Shown here one piece after another: positions 30,810-41,161 of a stretch of DNA of 64,000 bases. The position numbers were made by a program, and so were the translations under genes. The stretch comes from an uncultured Methanobrevibacter sp. (GTDB taxonomy: Archaea; Methanobacteriota; Methanobacteria; Methanobacteriales; Methanobacteriaceae). The notes below the pieces were generated by a model. That model worked only from the letters and a program-made list of their open reading frames with translations, made no database searches and was not told where the DNA came from. The DNA lies in NCBI GenBank assembly GCA_900318035.1, contig ONJC01000007.1, positions 2,015 to 66,014 on the forward strand. Reading direction: 5' to 3'. How positions within the stretch are numbered: the first letter of the stretch is position 1; every line of letters starts with the position of its first letter.

Positions 30810-31074
30810 TTTTCTTTTTTTATAACTTGAAAATATTCGAGTTCAAAAATTTTTAAAAATAGTATAAAAATTATGGATATTTAAAAGTTTTTTTTAAAAG
30901 AAAATCATGATAACATGCTAATATTATGAAAAATTTTCATAAAATAAAAATCATGAAAATAAATTGAAAAATTATTGAAAAATATCAAAAAATTAAAACT
31001 GAAATGAACTCATATTTCCAAAAATTGAAATTTTAGTGAGATTTTGTTTAATATTTTTACAAAAAAACTGAAAA

Positions 31075-31335
31075 TCATAAATATTTTAAAATTTCAAGAC
31101 CCAAATCTGTATTTTTGTACAACCTGCCTTTACGCGCATCCTCATTCAAACATAAAACTAAACCATTTTCCTTCAAATCTTTTAAAACATTGGAAACATG
31201 GTTAGTTCTCAAGCCTATGTCATTTGCAATTGCAGAAGGAATTTTTATTCCATCACCAATACTTTTAATAATATTGGTTCTATACTCTGAGGCAATTACA
31301 TAACCTAAAACTTGAAAAATCTCATCATTGTCCAT
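31075..31335 (-). CDS. Small winged-helix transcriptional regulator
   Basis: SEYRTNII...PSAIA...HVSNVLKDLKENGLV..RKGRLY..T..G. Confidence 0.8.
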   Translation of the reverse strand: MDNDEIFQVLGYVIASEYRTNIIKSIGDGIKIPSAIANDIGLRTNHVSNVLKDLKENGLVLCLNEDARKGRLYKNTDLGLEILKYL

Positions 31336-31466
31336 AATAATAATTAAATAACATATCTTTAAAAAATGTATATATTAAAAATCACCTAAATAAACATTTT
31401 TAAATACAATATAGATAATTAAAAAAAAATAAAATTTAATAAATACTACAATATAATATTAAAACA

Positions 31467-32180
31467 ATGAAAACTATAGCAATTGGAATAGGAAAAAATA
31501 GGAATATCCAACAAGCAATTGATATTTTTAAAAATAAATACAAAGTAAACATCAAATCCATACAAACAGACAATGAATTAGTTGAAGCAATTTTAGATGA
31601 TGAAATAGATGCAGTCGTGAGGGGATCACTTGCAGCATCAGGCGTTATCAGGGAAGTTAGAAAACAATTTCCAGATATTTCGAGAGCCACATACGTCAAC
31701 GGTGATGACCATGAATTTTTACTGACTCCCGTAGGAATAGATGAAGGAACAACCGTTGAGGAAAAATTAAAAATTGCAATAAAATGTGGGGAATTTCTAA
31801 AAAAACTAAAAAAGGAACCTAGAATAGCTATTCTTGCTGACGGCAGAAAAGGGGATTATGGAAGAAGCGAACGAATCTCCAAATCCATTGATGAAAGTGA
31901 AGAACTGACTCAATTAATTAAAGAAAATACTGACTTTAACGTTGAAAATTATTATATCCTAATAGAACAAGCATTAAAAGATAATTGCAACGTTATAATT
32001 GCACCGGATGGGATAATTGGAAATATCATATTCAGGACACTGATTTTAGTTAATTCCTGGCCAAGCTGCGGTGCCATTACCTTTGGAATAAATGGAATAT
32101 ACATCGATACAAGCCGTGACCAAAGTGTTGAAGGTTACCTTAGAAGTCTGATATTTGCATACAGATTAGCCAAACTTTAA
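31467..32180 (+). CDS. mtxX: Methanogenesis marker protein 4 (MtxX)
   Basis: DAVVRGSL, PVGIDEG, APDGIIGNIIFR and IDTSR motifs. Confidence 0.85.
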   Translation: MKTIAIGIGKNRNIQQAIDIFKNKYKVNIKSIQTDNELVEAILDDEIDAVVRGSLAASGVIREVRKQFPDISRATYVNGDDHEFLLTPVGIDEGTTVEEKLKIAIKCGEFLKKLKKEPRIAILADGRKGDYGRSERISKSIDESEELTQLIKENTDFNVENYYILIEQALKDNCNVIIAPDGIIGNIIFRTLILVNSWPSCGAITFGINGIYIDTSRDQSVEGYLRSLIFAYRLAKL

Positions 32181-32230
32181 AAACATTGAGTTATATAATA
32201 TAATTAATATAAACTTTTAAGGGATAAAAA

Positions 32231-32995
32231 ATGGCAGAAAATTTTCTTTATAGAATATATGAATGGTATATCTCAAGAGATTTGGTTCCCGAGAAAATGC
32301 CAAAACATGTAGCTATAATTATGGATGGAAACAGAAGATATTCCAAACTCCAAGGCAATATTGACGTCGTAAAAGGACATGAAATAGGAGTAGATACATT
32401 GGAAAATGTTCTTGACTGGAGTATCGAACTAGGAATTGAAATTATAACTGCCTATGCATTTTCAACAGAAAATTTCAACAGACCACAGCATGAAGTTGAA
32501 GGATTGATGAATTTGTTCGTCATTAACTTCAAAAGGTTAGTAACCCATGAAAAAATTCATAAAAATGAAGTAAGAGTGAAAGTTGTAGGCAGAACTGAAT
32601 TGCTTCCGGAAAACGTAAAAGAAGCAATTAGAGAAGCAGAAGAAGCGACAAAAAATTACAATAAACGTTTCTTTAATTTAGCTATAGGATATGATGGTCG
32701 TTTGGAAATTATAGACTCATTTAAAAAAATCATTAAAGAAGTTCAGGACGGAAACATTTCAATCGATGATGTGGATGAAGATCTTGTAAGTAAAAATCTT
32801 TATACCGCAGGCTTGGATGACCCTAACCTAATTATCAGAACCAGCGGAGAGGAAAGGTTAAGCGGATTCCTGCTATGGCAGTCATCTTACTCAGAACTTT
32901 ATTTCTGTGAAACATTATGGCCAGAACTTAGGAAAGTGGATTTTATAAGAGCTATAAGATCATATCAAGCAAGAGACAGACGATTTGGAGCATGA
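32231..32995 (+). CDS. uppS: cis-prenyltransferase (undecaprenyl diphosphate synthase)
   Basis: [19 protein letters not shown] and [15 protein letters not shown] motifs. Confidence 0.95.
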   Translation: MAENFLYRIYEWYISRDLVPEKMPKHVAIIMDGNRRYSKLQGNIDVVKGHEIGVDTLENVLDWSIELGIEIITAYAFSTENFNRPQHEVEGLMNLFVINFKRLVTHEKIHKNEVRVKVVGRTELLPENVKEAIREAEEATKNYNKRFFNLAIGYDGRLEIIDSFKKIIKEVQDGNISIDDVDEDLVSKNLYTAGLDDPNLIIRTSGEERLSGFLLWQSSYSELYFCETLWPELRKVDFIRAIRSYQARDRRFGA

Positions 32996-33762
32996 AAAAC
33001 ATGATTGATACTCATTGTCATATAGATTTTGAAGATTTTGATGAAGACCGCACAGATGTGATTAAAAGAGCACAGGACAAACTGGATTATGTTGTTGCAT
33101 CCGGTTTTGATAAACAAAGCAATGAAAAAGTTTTAGCTCTTTCAAAAGAATATGAAGGTTTTATTTTTCCTACTTTTGGTTTTCATCCAGTCAGTTCTCA
33201 AAATTCAACCGATGAGGAATTAAAAGATGCTCAAAATCATTTAATAGCAAATTTAGACAATATTGTTGCCGTTGGCGAAGTCGGAATGGATTATTATTAT
33301 GTGACTGATAAGGCTCTGCGTGAAAGACAGCAGGAAATCTTCACAAGCTTTTTGGAACTTGCAAATAACTATAAAATCCCAATCGTAATGCATGTCAGGG
33401 ATTGTGAAAAAAAGGCAGTGAATATCATCGAAGATTATGACGACATACCTTATTTTGTTTTTCACTGTTATGGAGGCAGTCTAAAGACTGCAAAAAGAAT
33501 TATGAATAGGGACAACTGTTTCATGAGCTTTTCTACAATGCTTTGTTATTCACAACACCATCAGGACTTAATTAAAAAAATTAATCTTGACTATGTTTTA
33601 ACCGAAACTGACAGTCCGTATTTGGCTATGACAAAAGAAGAGAGAAATGAACCTGCCAATGTTGTAAATGCAGTTCATAAAATAGCTGAACTAAAAGATA
33701 TGGACGTTAATGTTGTTGATGAAATCACCACCAACAATGCCCGCAAAATATTTAAAATCTAA
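32992..33762 (+). CDS. tatD: TatD family nuclease
   Basis: DTHCH, GFHP, GEVGMD, FHCY and ETDSPY motifs. Confidence 0.92.
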   Translation: MKNMIDTHCHIDFEDFDEDRTDVIKRAQDKLDYVVASGFDKQSNEKVLALSKEYEGFIFPTFGFHPVSSQNSTDEELKDAQNHLIANLDNIVAVGEVGMDYYYVTDKALRERQQEIFTSFLELANNYKIPIVMHVRDCEKKAVNIIEDYDDIPYFVFHCYGGSLKTAKRIMNRDNCFMSFSTMLCYSQHHQDLIKKINLDYVLTETDSPYLAMTKEERNEPANVVNAVHKIAELKDMDVNVVDEITTNNARKIFKI

Positions 33763-34130
33763 AAGTGAAGCGTGTAATTCAAATTTATCAGCACATCATT
33801 ATTTTCTTTTACTGCTTCTATTTCAAATTCAAAATCAGTGAAATCATCCATAACAAGTTTAATCAAATTCCATTCCAAAATGGAATCATTTAAAAATATT
33901 GTAAATTGATTTCTGTCTATTTTAACTTCTTTTCTGCAGAACAGCTTAAATGCATAGAAATACAATTCCAACCTGAAAATCAAGTCCTGTTTGTCTCCAT
34001 TGCCGTTGATGAAAAAGTCCTTCAAGTCTTCCTGAAGAATCTTTCCTTCATCACCAGTATCTGCCCTGAATGTTTCCATTTCGGCCAAATCATCCATCAG
34101 CTGCTTTTTTTCTTCATCATCATACATCAT
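33759..34130 (-). CDS. Hypothetical protein
   Basis: 123-aa acidic ORF at the end of a tightly packed minus-strand run. Confidence 0.7.
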   Translation of the reverse strand: MMYDDEEKKQLMDDLAEMETFRADTGDEGKILQEDLKDFFINGNGDKQDLIFRLELYFYAFKLFCRKEVKIDRNQFTIFLNDSILEWNLIKLVMDDFTDFEFEIEAVKENNDVLINLNYTLHF

Positions 34131-34131
34131 A

Positions 34132-34449
34132 TCACTTCAGCAAAAATTTCAATTTGATAATATTGTATTCATTAGGCATGAATCTGAGTTCGAATCTGTC
34201 AAATACATCGTCCAGTCTCCTTAACAGATCAAATTCCAGATTATCCGGAATAACATGTAAACTAAATCCGTCCTCAGAAATTTCAACATCCAAATCTTCC
34301 AGCAGAGGCATTCCAAGTTCACTAATGAAAACATATTTGTAAACGATTAGCTCATAATCATTTAAATCTTTTTCATTTTCAATGATGCCTATCAGTTCTT
34401 CTTGAAGTTTGGATGCAGTAACTTTGAAGGTATCCTCAGAAATTTCAAT
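34132..34449 (-). CDS. Hypothetical protein (start uncertain)
   Basis: Open frame fills the gap between the CMD gene and 33759-34130. The track start at 34518 overlaps CMD by 74 bp. Confidence 0.55.
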   Translation of the reverse strand: MEISEDTFKVTASKLQEELIGIIENEKDLNDYELIVYKYVFISELGMPLLEDLDVEISEDGFSLHVIPDNLEFDLLRRLDDVFDRFELRFMPNEYNIIKLKFLLK

Positions 34450-34810
34450 CCCTCTCGTTGAAGACTTCCTTTGCTGCCACAATACCGTTGATAGCTTTTG
34501 GAAAACCGCAATATGCACTCATCTGCATTATGATTTCCACTATTTCAGTTTCCTCATTGCCCACATTTAAAGCTGCGTTAATGTGGTCTTTAAGTTGAGG
34601 AATTGTTCCTAAAACTGTCAATGCCGCAACTGTGCATAATTCACGGGTTTTTAAGTCAACTTCTGAGCGAGTATAGATTTCAGAGTAGGGATATTCAATT
34701 ACAAAACGCCCCAAATCTGGTGCAATATCATCTATCTCTTTGAATATTTCTTCAACTGGCCTTTTCTGAATTGATTCCAATACTTCTTTTCCTTTTTCAT
34801 ATCTAGTCAT
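34445..34810 (-). CDS. Carboxymuconolactone decarboxylase family protein
   Basis: LKTRELCTVAAL, QLKDHINAALNVG and AYCGFP motifs; start at ATG 34810. Confidence 0.88.
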   Translation of the reverse strand: MTRYEKGKEVLESIQKRPVEEIFKEIDDIAPDLGRFVIEYPYSEIYTRSEVDLKTRELCTVAALTVLGTIPQLKDHINAALNVGNEETEIVEIIMQMSAYCGFPKAINGIVAAKEVFNERD

Positions 34811-34826
34811 GTTAAATAATATGTTC

Positions 34827-35324
34827 CTAAACCCATTTAACATTAGCTGTTGTAAAAACATAGTGTGGTGAAAATACAGGATTATACAATTTATTTGTAG
34901 CGGAAGTAGAATTAAAGCTTATTGCAATGGATTTTCGCAAGTTATAATTTATCCTATCCCCAATTGAATCCAACTGCTTTTTAGACAAGTCCTTAGAAGA
35001 TTTTGCATACACCTTAAACTGTATTTTCTGTTTATCATAATTGCTATCAGATCCGATTTGCGAATAAGAAATGTTTACAACCTCCACCGAATAAGGCAGA
35101 AGCAGGCTGTTTTTGGATTTTGAATAATCATTGTAAGTCTGTTTCGGATAAATTCCGCTTGATGATGCCACAACACCATCATTGACACCATTTTTTGCTG
35201 CGGCCATTGCAATATTCAGTTCCTGCTGATTATAGATTAAAACAGCTGAAATCATTATAATCAAAATCAGAACCCCGGTAACAAGCAAATATTCACCGCT
35301 GATTTGACCCCTTCTTTCAATCAT
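34827..35324 (-). CDS. Class III signal peptide (type IV pilin-like) protein
   Basis: RRG|QISGEYLL followed by a hydrophobic helix. Confidence 0.8.
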   Translation of the reverse strand: MIERRGQISGEYLLVTGVLILIIMISAVLIYNQQELNIAMAAAKNGVNDGVVASSSGIYPKQTYNDYSKSKNSLLLPYSVEVVNISYSQIGSDSNYDKQKIQFKVYAKSSKDLSKKQLDSIGDRINYNLRKSIAISFNSTSATNKLYNPVFSPHYVFTTANVKWV

Positions 35325-35716
35325 TGTATCACCAGTTTACCTTCACTGTTTTTAGAAATCAGATAGCTTTTTCCACTATACAATTTATATTTTGAATCCG
35401 TTATTGATAGAGGAAGCAATGTTTCTCCCTTTTTGTCACCATATTGAATTGTTAACTTGTTATTTTCAACCGTTATTTCATAATAACCCTTATCCGAAGG
35501 CAAGGTTAATGATTTTGAATAACCTTCCCCATTGGAATTTACCTGACTGATGGTGTTGGCCACATCATCCAGAATCAGCCTGTGTGAAACACTATCCTGC
35601 ATATTCAAACTTGATTCAATAGCCGATTGTGATAAAAATAATAATGGAATAGCTATTATTAATATAACAAAGATTGAAAATAAATATTCTATTGAAATAA
35701 AACCTTTATCATCCAT
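35321..35716 (-). CDS. Class III signal peptide (type IV pilin-like) protein
   Basis: DKG|FISIEYLF followed by a hydrophobic helix. Confidence 0.75.
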   Translation of the reverse strand: MDDKGFISIEYLFSIFVILIIAIPLLFLSQSAIESSLNMQDSVSHRLILDDVANTISQVNSNGEGYSKSLTLPSDKGYYEITVENNKLTIQYGDKKGETLLPLSITDSKYKLYSGKSYLISKNSEGKLVIQ

Positions 35717-35813
35717 ATTTTTTAATTATTTTAAAAATTAATAAAGTTTACTCAAATCAAAAGTCAAATTTGATACAAAATTATTAAATAATATTTGACA
35801 TATAAAATAAATC

Positions 35814-36566
35814 ATGAAAGGAAAAGTTATATTCATTGGTGCAGGTCCGGGAGACCCTGACTTAATTACCGTGAAAGGAAGAAAAGTGATTGAAGAAGCA
35901 GATGTTATTATTTATGCAGGTTCACTTGTAAATAAAGACGTCTTATGTCCTGCAAAAGAAGGGTGTGAAATTCACAACAGCGCATATTTAAATTTAGAAG
36001 AAACTGATGCAATAATTGCCGAAGCCGTTGGTGAAGGAAAATTGGTAGCTCGTGTACATACCGGAGATCCTTCAATCTATGGAGCTATCGGCGAGCAAAT
36101 CCGTGAACTTAAAAAACATGACATAGAATATGAAATCATTCCTGGAGTAAGCTCATTATTTGGAACAGCAAGTGTTTTGGAAGCGGAATTGACATTGCCT
36201 GAAATTTCACAGAGCGTAATTATAACCCGACCTGAAGGAAGAACACCAAAACCCGAAGGGGAAAGTCTGTCAAGCTTTTCAAAGCATCATGCAACAATGT
36301 GCATATTTTTAGGCATCGGAATGATTGACAAGGTAGTTGATGAATTGCTTGAGGGATATGAAGAAACCACTCCAGTTGCAGTTGTCAAAAAGGCAACTTG
36401 GCCAGACCAGCAAATAATTAGAGGAACCCTTGCAGATATTGCACAGAAAGTTAAAGATGCCAATATAACAAAGACTGCAATGATTGTAGTGGGAGATGTT
36501 TTAGACCCCGGAGACTTTAATGCATCCAAGCTATATGACAAAAACTTCAAACACGAATACCGATAA
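35814..36566 (+). CDS. cobM: Precorrin-4 C11-methyltransferase
   Basis: IGAGPGDPDLIT, YAGSLV, RVHTGDPSIYGA and ATWPDQ motifs. Confidence 0.93.
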   Translation: MKGKVIFIGAGPGDPDLITVKGRKVIEEADVIIYAGSLVNKDVLCPAKEGCEIHNSAYLNLEETDAIIAEAVGEGKLVARVHTGDPSIYGAIGEQIRELKKHDIEYEIIPGVSSLFGTASVLEAELTLPEISQSVIITRPEGRTPKPEGESLSSFSKHHATMCIFLGIGMIDKVVDELLEGYEETTPVAVVKKATWPDQQIIRGTLADIAQKVKDANITKTAMIVVGDVLDPGDFNASKLYDKNFKHEYR

Positions 36567-36579
36567 TTTTTTAAAATTT

Positions 36580-36612
36580 ATTTCCTCAAAAAATAAGATA
36601 ACATGAGGAAAT
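36580..36612. terminator. Inverted repeat between convergent genes, possible terminator
   Basis: ATTTCCTCA (36580-36588) / TGAGGAAAT (36604-36612). Confidence 0.4.
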
Positions 36613-36629
36613 CCAACCATCCCCCTTTT

Positions 36630-37496
36630 TTATTCAAAATTTTGTGGAAATTCCATTTTTATTGATTCCATAAAATCTTCAATGATAATCTCTTTTAAGG
36701 ACCTATTTTCACATTTAAAATCCTTAAAACATCCTATTGCACCCTCATCAAATAAATATCCGAACTCTTCCATTAACTTATCGGAAGACTTACCATTAAT
36801 TTCAGCATATTTATTTGAGTATTTACGTACAATATCATATCTGCTTAACTTATCATCCCAAATTCCGTCATAATGCCTAATTATTATATTAGATGGATGA
36901 TCCTTTTGTGAATCGAATTCCTCTTTTATTTCATAAGTTAAATCCTTTGCCTTTGCAATATTCATATCTGGAACTTCCGCATTATCACCCATTATGGAAT
37001 TGGTGTAAAACAATTTCTGATAATCATTTAGATTTTCAAGATAGTTAGGGTTTCTAAAATAGAATAATGCATGTTTTACCGGAGGCTGTCTGATTAATTT
37101 GCCTGATTCATATTTGTCAAAAGGTTTTAGAGCATGCAACATCAACAGTTCAGAAATTGAAATGGTACCTATATATTTTACAAGTTCAGGGTAAGTCTCC
37201 AAAGTTAACTTATCAACATCGTTTTCGTTTGGAACCCAACCTAAACGCTGACCCCTGAAACTAATAAAGAATGTCCTATCGACATCAACAGAATTAAGAT
37301 TAGCTAAAACAAGCCTGTTGTTTTCCTTGTCATAATCAGAAATTGAATAAAAAGAATCAGCATAATCAAGTTCAATATTATGATTTTTACATAGTCTGTA
37401 TAATTCCGGAAATATTTCAGTTAAAAAATATGAAAATTCACCAAACATATCATTTACAGAACCTTTAATCATAATCAGTACATGTTCACTATCCAT
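36630..37496 (-). CDS. Divergent DUF4062-like domain protein
   Basis: DM..E......IFPEL..LC, FFISFRGQRLGWVP, SISEL and ALFYFR resemble DUF4062. Confidence 0.55.
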   Translation of the reverse strand: MDSEHVLIMIKGSVNDMFGEFSYFLTEIFPELYRLCKNHNIELDYADSFYSISDYDKENNRLVLANLNSVDVDRTFFISFRGQRLGWVPNENDVDKLTLETYPELVKYIGTISISELLMLHALKPFDKYESGKLIRQPPVKHALFYFRNPNYLENLNDYQKLFYTNSIMGDNAEVPDMNIAKAKDLTYEIKEEFDSQKDHPSNIIIRHYDGIWDDKLSRYDIVRKYSNKYAEINGKSSDKLMEEFGYLFDEGAIGCFKDFKCENRSLKEIIIEDFMESIKMEFPQNFE

Positions 37497-37732
37497 ATTA
37501 TTACACCTAATAGTATATTATCTCTTAAAATATATAAACTATTGAATGAAAATATGCTTTTTAAAAAAATGAATGAAACATCACCCACATCCTGAATAAA
37601 CTAAAAAATAAGGAATGCTAAAAATATATAAAACATCAAAATAATTAAAAATAAATATTGAAATGTTAAAAATTAAAACATTAAATTTAAAAAAAATATT
37701 TGCATTTATCGCAAAAATTAAATGATATTTAC

Positions 37733-38188
37733 TTAGTTTATTTCTCTTTTATGCCCCATATGTATACCTATATGGCCAATACCCAAGATTATTGAAGAGA
37801 TTGCTAAAAATACATTATTTGCACAAACGCCTAAAAGGAAAAACGCAATTACAGGCAGTGTAGCTCCGGGAAGTGGAATGAACAAAAAATTGCCGTACAT
37901 ATCATTCATTGTTTTAGGGCTTCTAAAGTATCCAATCCAATATATATCATAGATTACCATTAAAAGAAATGCAATTAGAAAAATTTTATTGAAACTGAAA
38001 TTAACACCACAGAACAAGGATAATACAGTAACCAAAACCTGCCCAATCCTTTCTAATGCCAGCAATACCCTATTTTCATGTTTAGAGTATTTTTCATAAT
38101 CCTTCGGAGGACATCTGCTCCACAAAATATTGGGAACAAACAGCATCACTAAAAACAGCAAACCGGCAAAAGAAAATGAAAAATCCAT
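37733..38188 (-). CDS. Hypothetical membrane protein
   Basis: Several hydrophobic segments; LERIGQ, PGATLPV and GIGHIGIH. Confidence 0.75.
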   Translation of the reverse strand: MDFSFSFAGLLFLVMLFVPNILWSRCPPKDYEKYSKHENRVLLALERIGQVLVTVLSLFCGVNFSFNKIFLIAFLLMVIYDIYWIGYFRSPKTMNDMYGNFLFIPLPGATLPVIAFFLLGVCANNVFLAISSIILGIGHIGIHMGHKREIN

Positions 38189-38193
38189 AGTAT

Positions 38194-39138
38194 CTAACTA
38201 TATTTGTCTTTAATCTGATTCATGAGCTGTAATTTTTTAAATGCAACATCCTTTGGAGCTCTTCTAAGACCACAGTCAGGATCCAATAGCAAATTATCCT
38301 TACCAACAATTTCAATTGCCTTGCAGACAAGGTTTTCAACATCAGCAATGTCATCCACTTCATTGACGGATGAATCGACACAGCCGAAACCTAGTTTTTT
38401 ACCTTCCAAAAGTGAAGCGTTCTTTTCCAAAACGCCAAGATTAACATTATTTCCTGCAAATTCAAAGTCAAGAATATCAACGTTGAATTTTGAAATGTCC
38501 TTAAATGCATCGGACAAAATGCCGCATACATGCATTGCCAAAGGAACTTTCAAACCGTCATGAATTATATCAATAGCTTCACGGGCGGTTTTCATGTCAA
38601 CCATTCCTGTAGACAAGAACGGCTCATCAATCTGAATATAGGCAGGTTTAACCCTGCGAACAATTGCATTTACTTCATATTTCAGAGAATGTGCCAAATC
38701 AATGATGGCATCTTCCCGGTTTTTATAAAAATACTGTATTCTGGATGAGTGGACGATTGTATTTGGACCTGTTATTATTCCTTTTATTCCTTTTCCTTCC
38801 GGAATGCTGCCGTTATAATAATCTTTCATAACTTTTTTTGCATATAGCAGGTCATTGACGGAAATTTCACGAATAGGATTTGTTATTTTTGAAACAATAA
38901 CAGTATTTCCATCTTCAATCTTCATTCCGGGAATATATTTTGTAAAAATAGAAACCATATCTCCCCTAACCTGACCATCAGATATTATATCCACTCCAGC
39001 ATCAAGTTGAGAAATTACACTTGCTTTAATGGCTTCTTTAAAGGGATCGTATGCCCCAAAAGAATTTAACAGCTTATCTTTAAAATTAGAGGGGGAGCCT
39101 TCCTCAACAGGAAAACTTCCAACAACAGTTGATCTCAT
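38194..39138 (-). CDS. metE: Single-barrel MetE-like methionine synthase
   Basis: STVVGSFP, ISDGQVR, QIDEP, MHVC and DPDCGL zinc ligands. Confidence 0.88.
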   Translation of the reverse strand: MRSTVVGSFPVEEGSPSNFKDKLLNSFGAYDPFKEAIKASVISQLDAGVDIISDGQVRGDMVSIFTKYIPGMKIEDGNTVIVSKITNPIREISVNDLLYAKKVMKDYYNGSIPEGKGIKGIITGPNTIVHSSRIQYFYKNREDAIIDLAHSLKYEVNAIVRRVKPAYIQIDEPFLSTGMVDMKTAREAIDIIHDGLKVPLAMHVCGILSDAFKDISKFNVDILDFEFAGNNVNLGVLEKNASLLEGKKLGFGCVDSSVNEVDDIADVENLVCKAIEIVGKDNLLLDPDCGLRRAPKDVAFKKLQLMNQIKDKYS

Positions 39139-39449
39139 TTTTTATTACCAGTATCTAATTTTCTGATTTTTTCAACTTCTTCTTCATCAATCGGCAACTC
39201 CACAACAGAAGTTCCATGACAAGGTTTTGTATACGGTAAAAAAACAGTTCCTTTATCATGGTCAAAACCAATAGGTATAGGTGGAATTCCAATGACTCTA
39301 ACGCCCAATACCTCATCACCAGGTTTGATGTATACTAAATCATCAGCTTTAAATCTAATTATCATTGCACAATCTTTAAAACCCGCTTTTGAAGCATGAA
39401 TTTCATAGTTATCAGATTGTTGAAGGTAAGTATCTAAACAGAATGACAT
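39135..39449 (-). CDS. DUF1894 family protein
   Basis: GVRVIGIPPIP and PYTKPCHGT. Confidence 0.8.
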   Translation of the reverse strand: MSFCLDTYLQQSDNYEIHASKAGFKDCAMIIRFKADDLVYIKPGDEVLGVRVIGIPPIPIGFDHDKGTVFLPYTKPCHGTSVVELPIDEEEVEKIRKLDTGNKK

Positions 39450-39908
39450 TTATTCAAACTCCTTTATCGCTTTGTCAAATTTAACTTTAATAGGTGAAGG
39501 ATTATGGAATGCTCTTACAGCAGTAATTTTGGCATTGCTTCCGCTCTCTTCAATCATGTTAACAAATTCCTCAATCTCATCAGCATCCCTTGAAAATACA
39601 AGTGCTAAAGATTTACACTGTAAAATCTGTTCGAAAGTTACGAAAAATGATGCTGCTGCGTCCTTATGGACAAAACCAACTAATAAATCATAATCGCCTT
39701 CGTTAATGTCACCTAAAGTCCTTTCTAAATCTACCAAATTAAGTTTGTATAAATTTTCAGGGTCTGATATCTTAACCAGTTTTGATGCCGCAGGGTTTGC
39801 AGCTATTGTGACATCATACCCCATTTTTGTTAATTTATTAAAAACATAAACTGCCATAGGAGTCTGGGATGGAGTTTCCGGACATCCAAGTAAAACTAAA
39901 GCTTTCAT
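39450..39908 (-). CDS. DUF1890 family protein
   Basis: LLGCPETPSQTP, ANPAASKL, FVHKDA and AFHNP. Confidence 0.8.
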   Translation of the reverse strand: MKALVLLGCPETPSQTPMAVYVFNKLTKMGYDVTIAANPAASKLVKISDPENLYKLNLVDLERTLGDINEGDYDLLVGFVHKDAAASFFVTFEQILQCKSLALVFSRDADEIEEFVNMIEESGSNAKITAVRAFHNPSPIKVKFDKAIKEFE

Positions 39909-39919
39909 AATACTTCCCT

Positions 39920-41002
39920 CTATGATCTGGATTTAAGAGTTACTACATTTGCTAAAATCAGTGCCCCTATAAATATGAATGATAAAAGTGCCATACCATT
40001 GATTGTCCTGTTAAATATAAACATACCAATTAGGGATTGTGCGCAGAATGCTGCCAATGCACCGGTCAATAATACTTCTCTTCCCAAGTATTTCTTATTA
40101 TTCTTTTCTCTTCTTTCCCTATAAATGGTTAAAATTTTAAAACCGATAAGAATAGTTCCCAGTACAAATACCATTAAACCGACAAGACCTAAATACCCAA
40201 AGTCGAATCCGTAACCGAATATACCTGGAAGCATATAATCGATTGTATCCTTTTGGTTAACAAGTATACCGAAAAACATCGGGAATGGAAGACCAAAGAA
40301 TAACACAAGTTGCATAGGAAGCGTAATATAACCTTCAGCAAAAGCCGTTCCTTCAGCACCCCAATAAGAAGCTTTGGCACTGTGGCCTATCATCTGAATA
40401 TTATTTAATACCGTCTTAATACTTGATAATGAATATTGCTCAATCCTACCTAACCTTAAAAGTGGAGAGAAAATTGTCATTCCTGACACTCTTGCAATAA
40501 CTTCCAAAAGCACGAATCCTATACCGGCTGCACCTAAAAACATTAAAAGTCTTTTTCCGGTGAATATGGATTTTTCTCTGAAAGATTTGGAAATGATTAA
40601 GTATCCAATGAATAAACCTAAAATCCATAACAATAAGAAAGACCTGTGCATTAATCCACCGAATACAGTAATTCCTCCAATAAATAAAATTACGAATCTT
40701 CTAAGTGGCCTTATATCAACACCCGATTCCTTCATTACTTTCAGCGACGCCAGTGCAGTTACTGCGCCCAAAAGTGCAATCGGACCGAATGGATGTGTAA
40801 ATTCCGCCTGACTTGAAGCCACAATTAACATGACAATATCTGCACCAAAAATAAATGTGAAACCACCTATAATGAATAATGATAAAAAGGTCACCACACT
40901 TAATGACAATGGAATCAGGTTAAGACAAAAGACTAATGTAACAAATAACATTAATCCAATCTCTAAAATAAATTGTAAATGATTTTGAGCAATTAATAAC
41001 AT
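39920..41002 (-). CDS. Polytopic membrane protein of unknown function
   Basis: About 10 hydrophobic segments. Start set to ATG 41002 because the track's N-terminal extension runs through the tRNA. Confidence 0.75.
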   Translation of the reverse strand: MLLIAQNHLQFILEIGLMLFVTLVFCLNLIPLSLSVVTFLSLFIIGGFTFIFGADIVMLIVASSQAEFTHPFGPIALLGAVTALASLKVMKESGVDIRPLRRFVILFIGGITVFGGLMHRSFLLLWILGLFIGYLIISKSFREKSIFTGKRLLMFLGAAGIGFVLLEVIARVSGMTIFSPLLRLGRIEQYSLSSIKTVLNNIQMIGHSAKASYWGAEGTAFAEGYITLPMQLVLFFGLPFPMFFGILVNQKDTIDYMLPGIFGYGFDFGYLGLVGLMVFVLGTILIGFKILTIYRERREKNNKKYLGREVLLTGALAAFCAQSLIGMFIFNRTINGMALLSFIFIGALILANVVTLKSRS

Positions 41003-41034
41003 ATTTATATCACAATATCTCTTTATTTTAAAAA

Positions 41035-41107
<73 letters not shown>

Positions 41108-41161
41108 AAAAAAAAATTAATTCAAAAAGCTATTACTAATATTTGAAATTCTTAATATAAA

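Noticed and set aside
30810-31074. Repeated ATGAAAA/TTGAAAA words and the palindrome TTATGAAAA-A-TTTTCATAA (30924-30942)
   Set aside because: Low-complexity AT-rich DNA between convergent genes, with no regular period.
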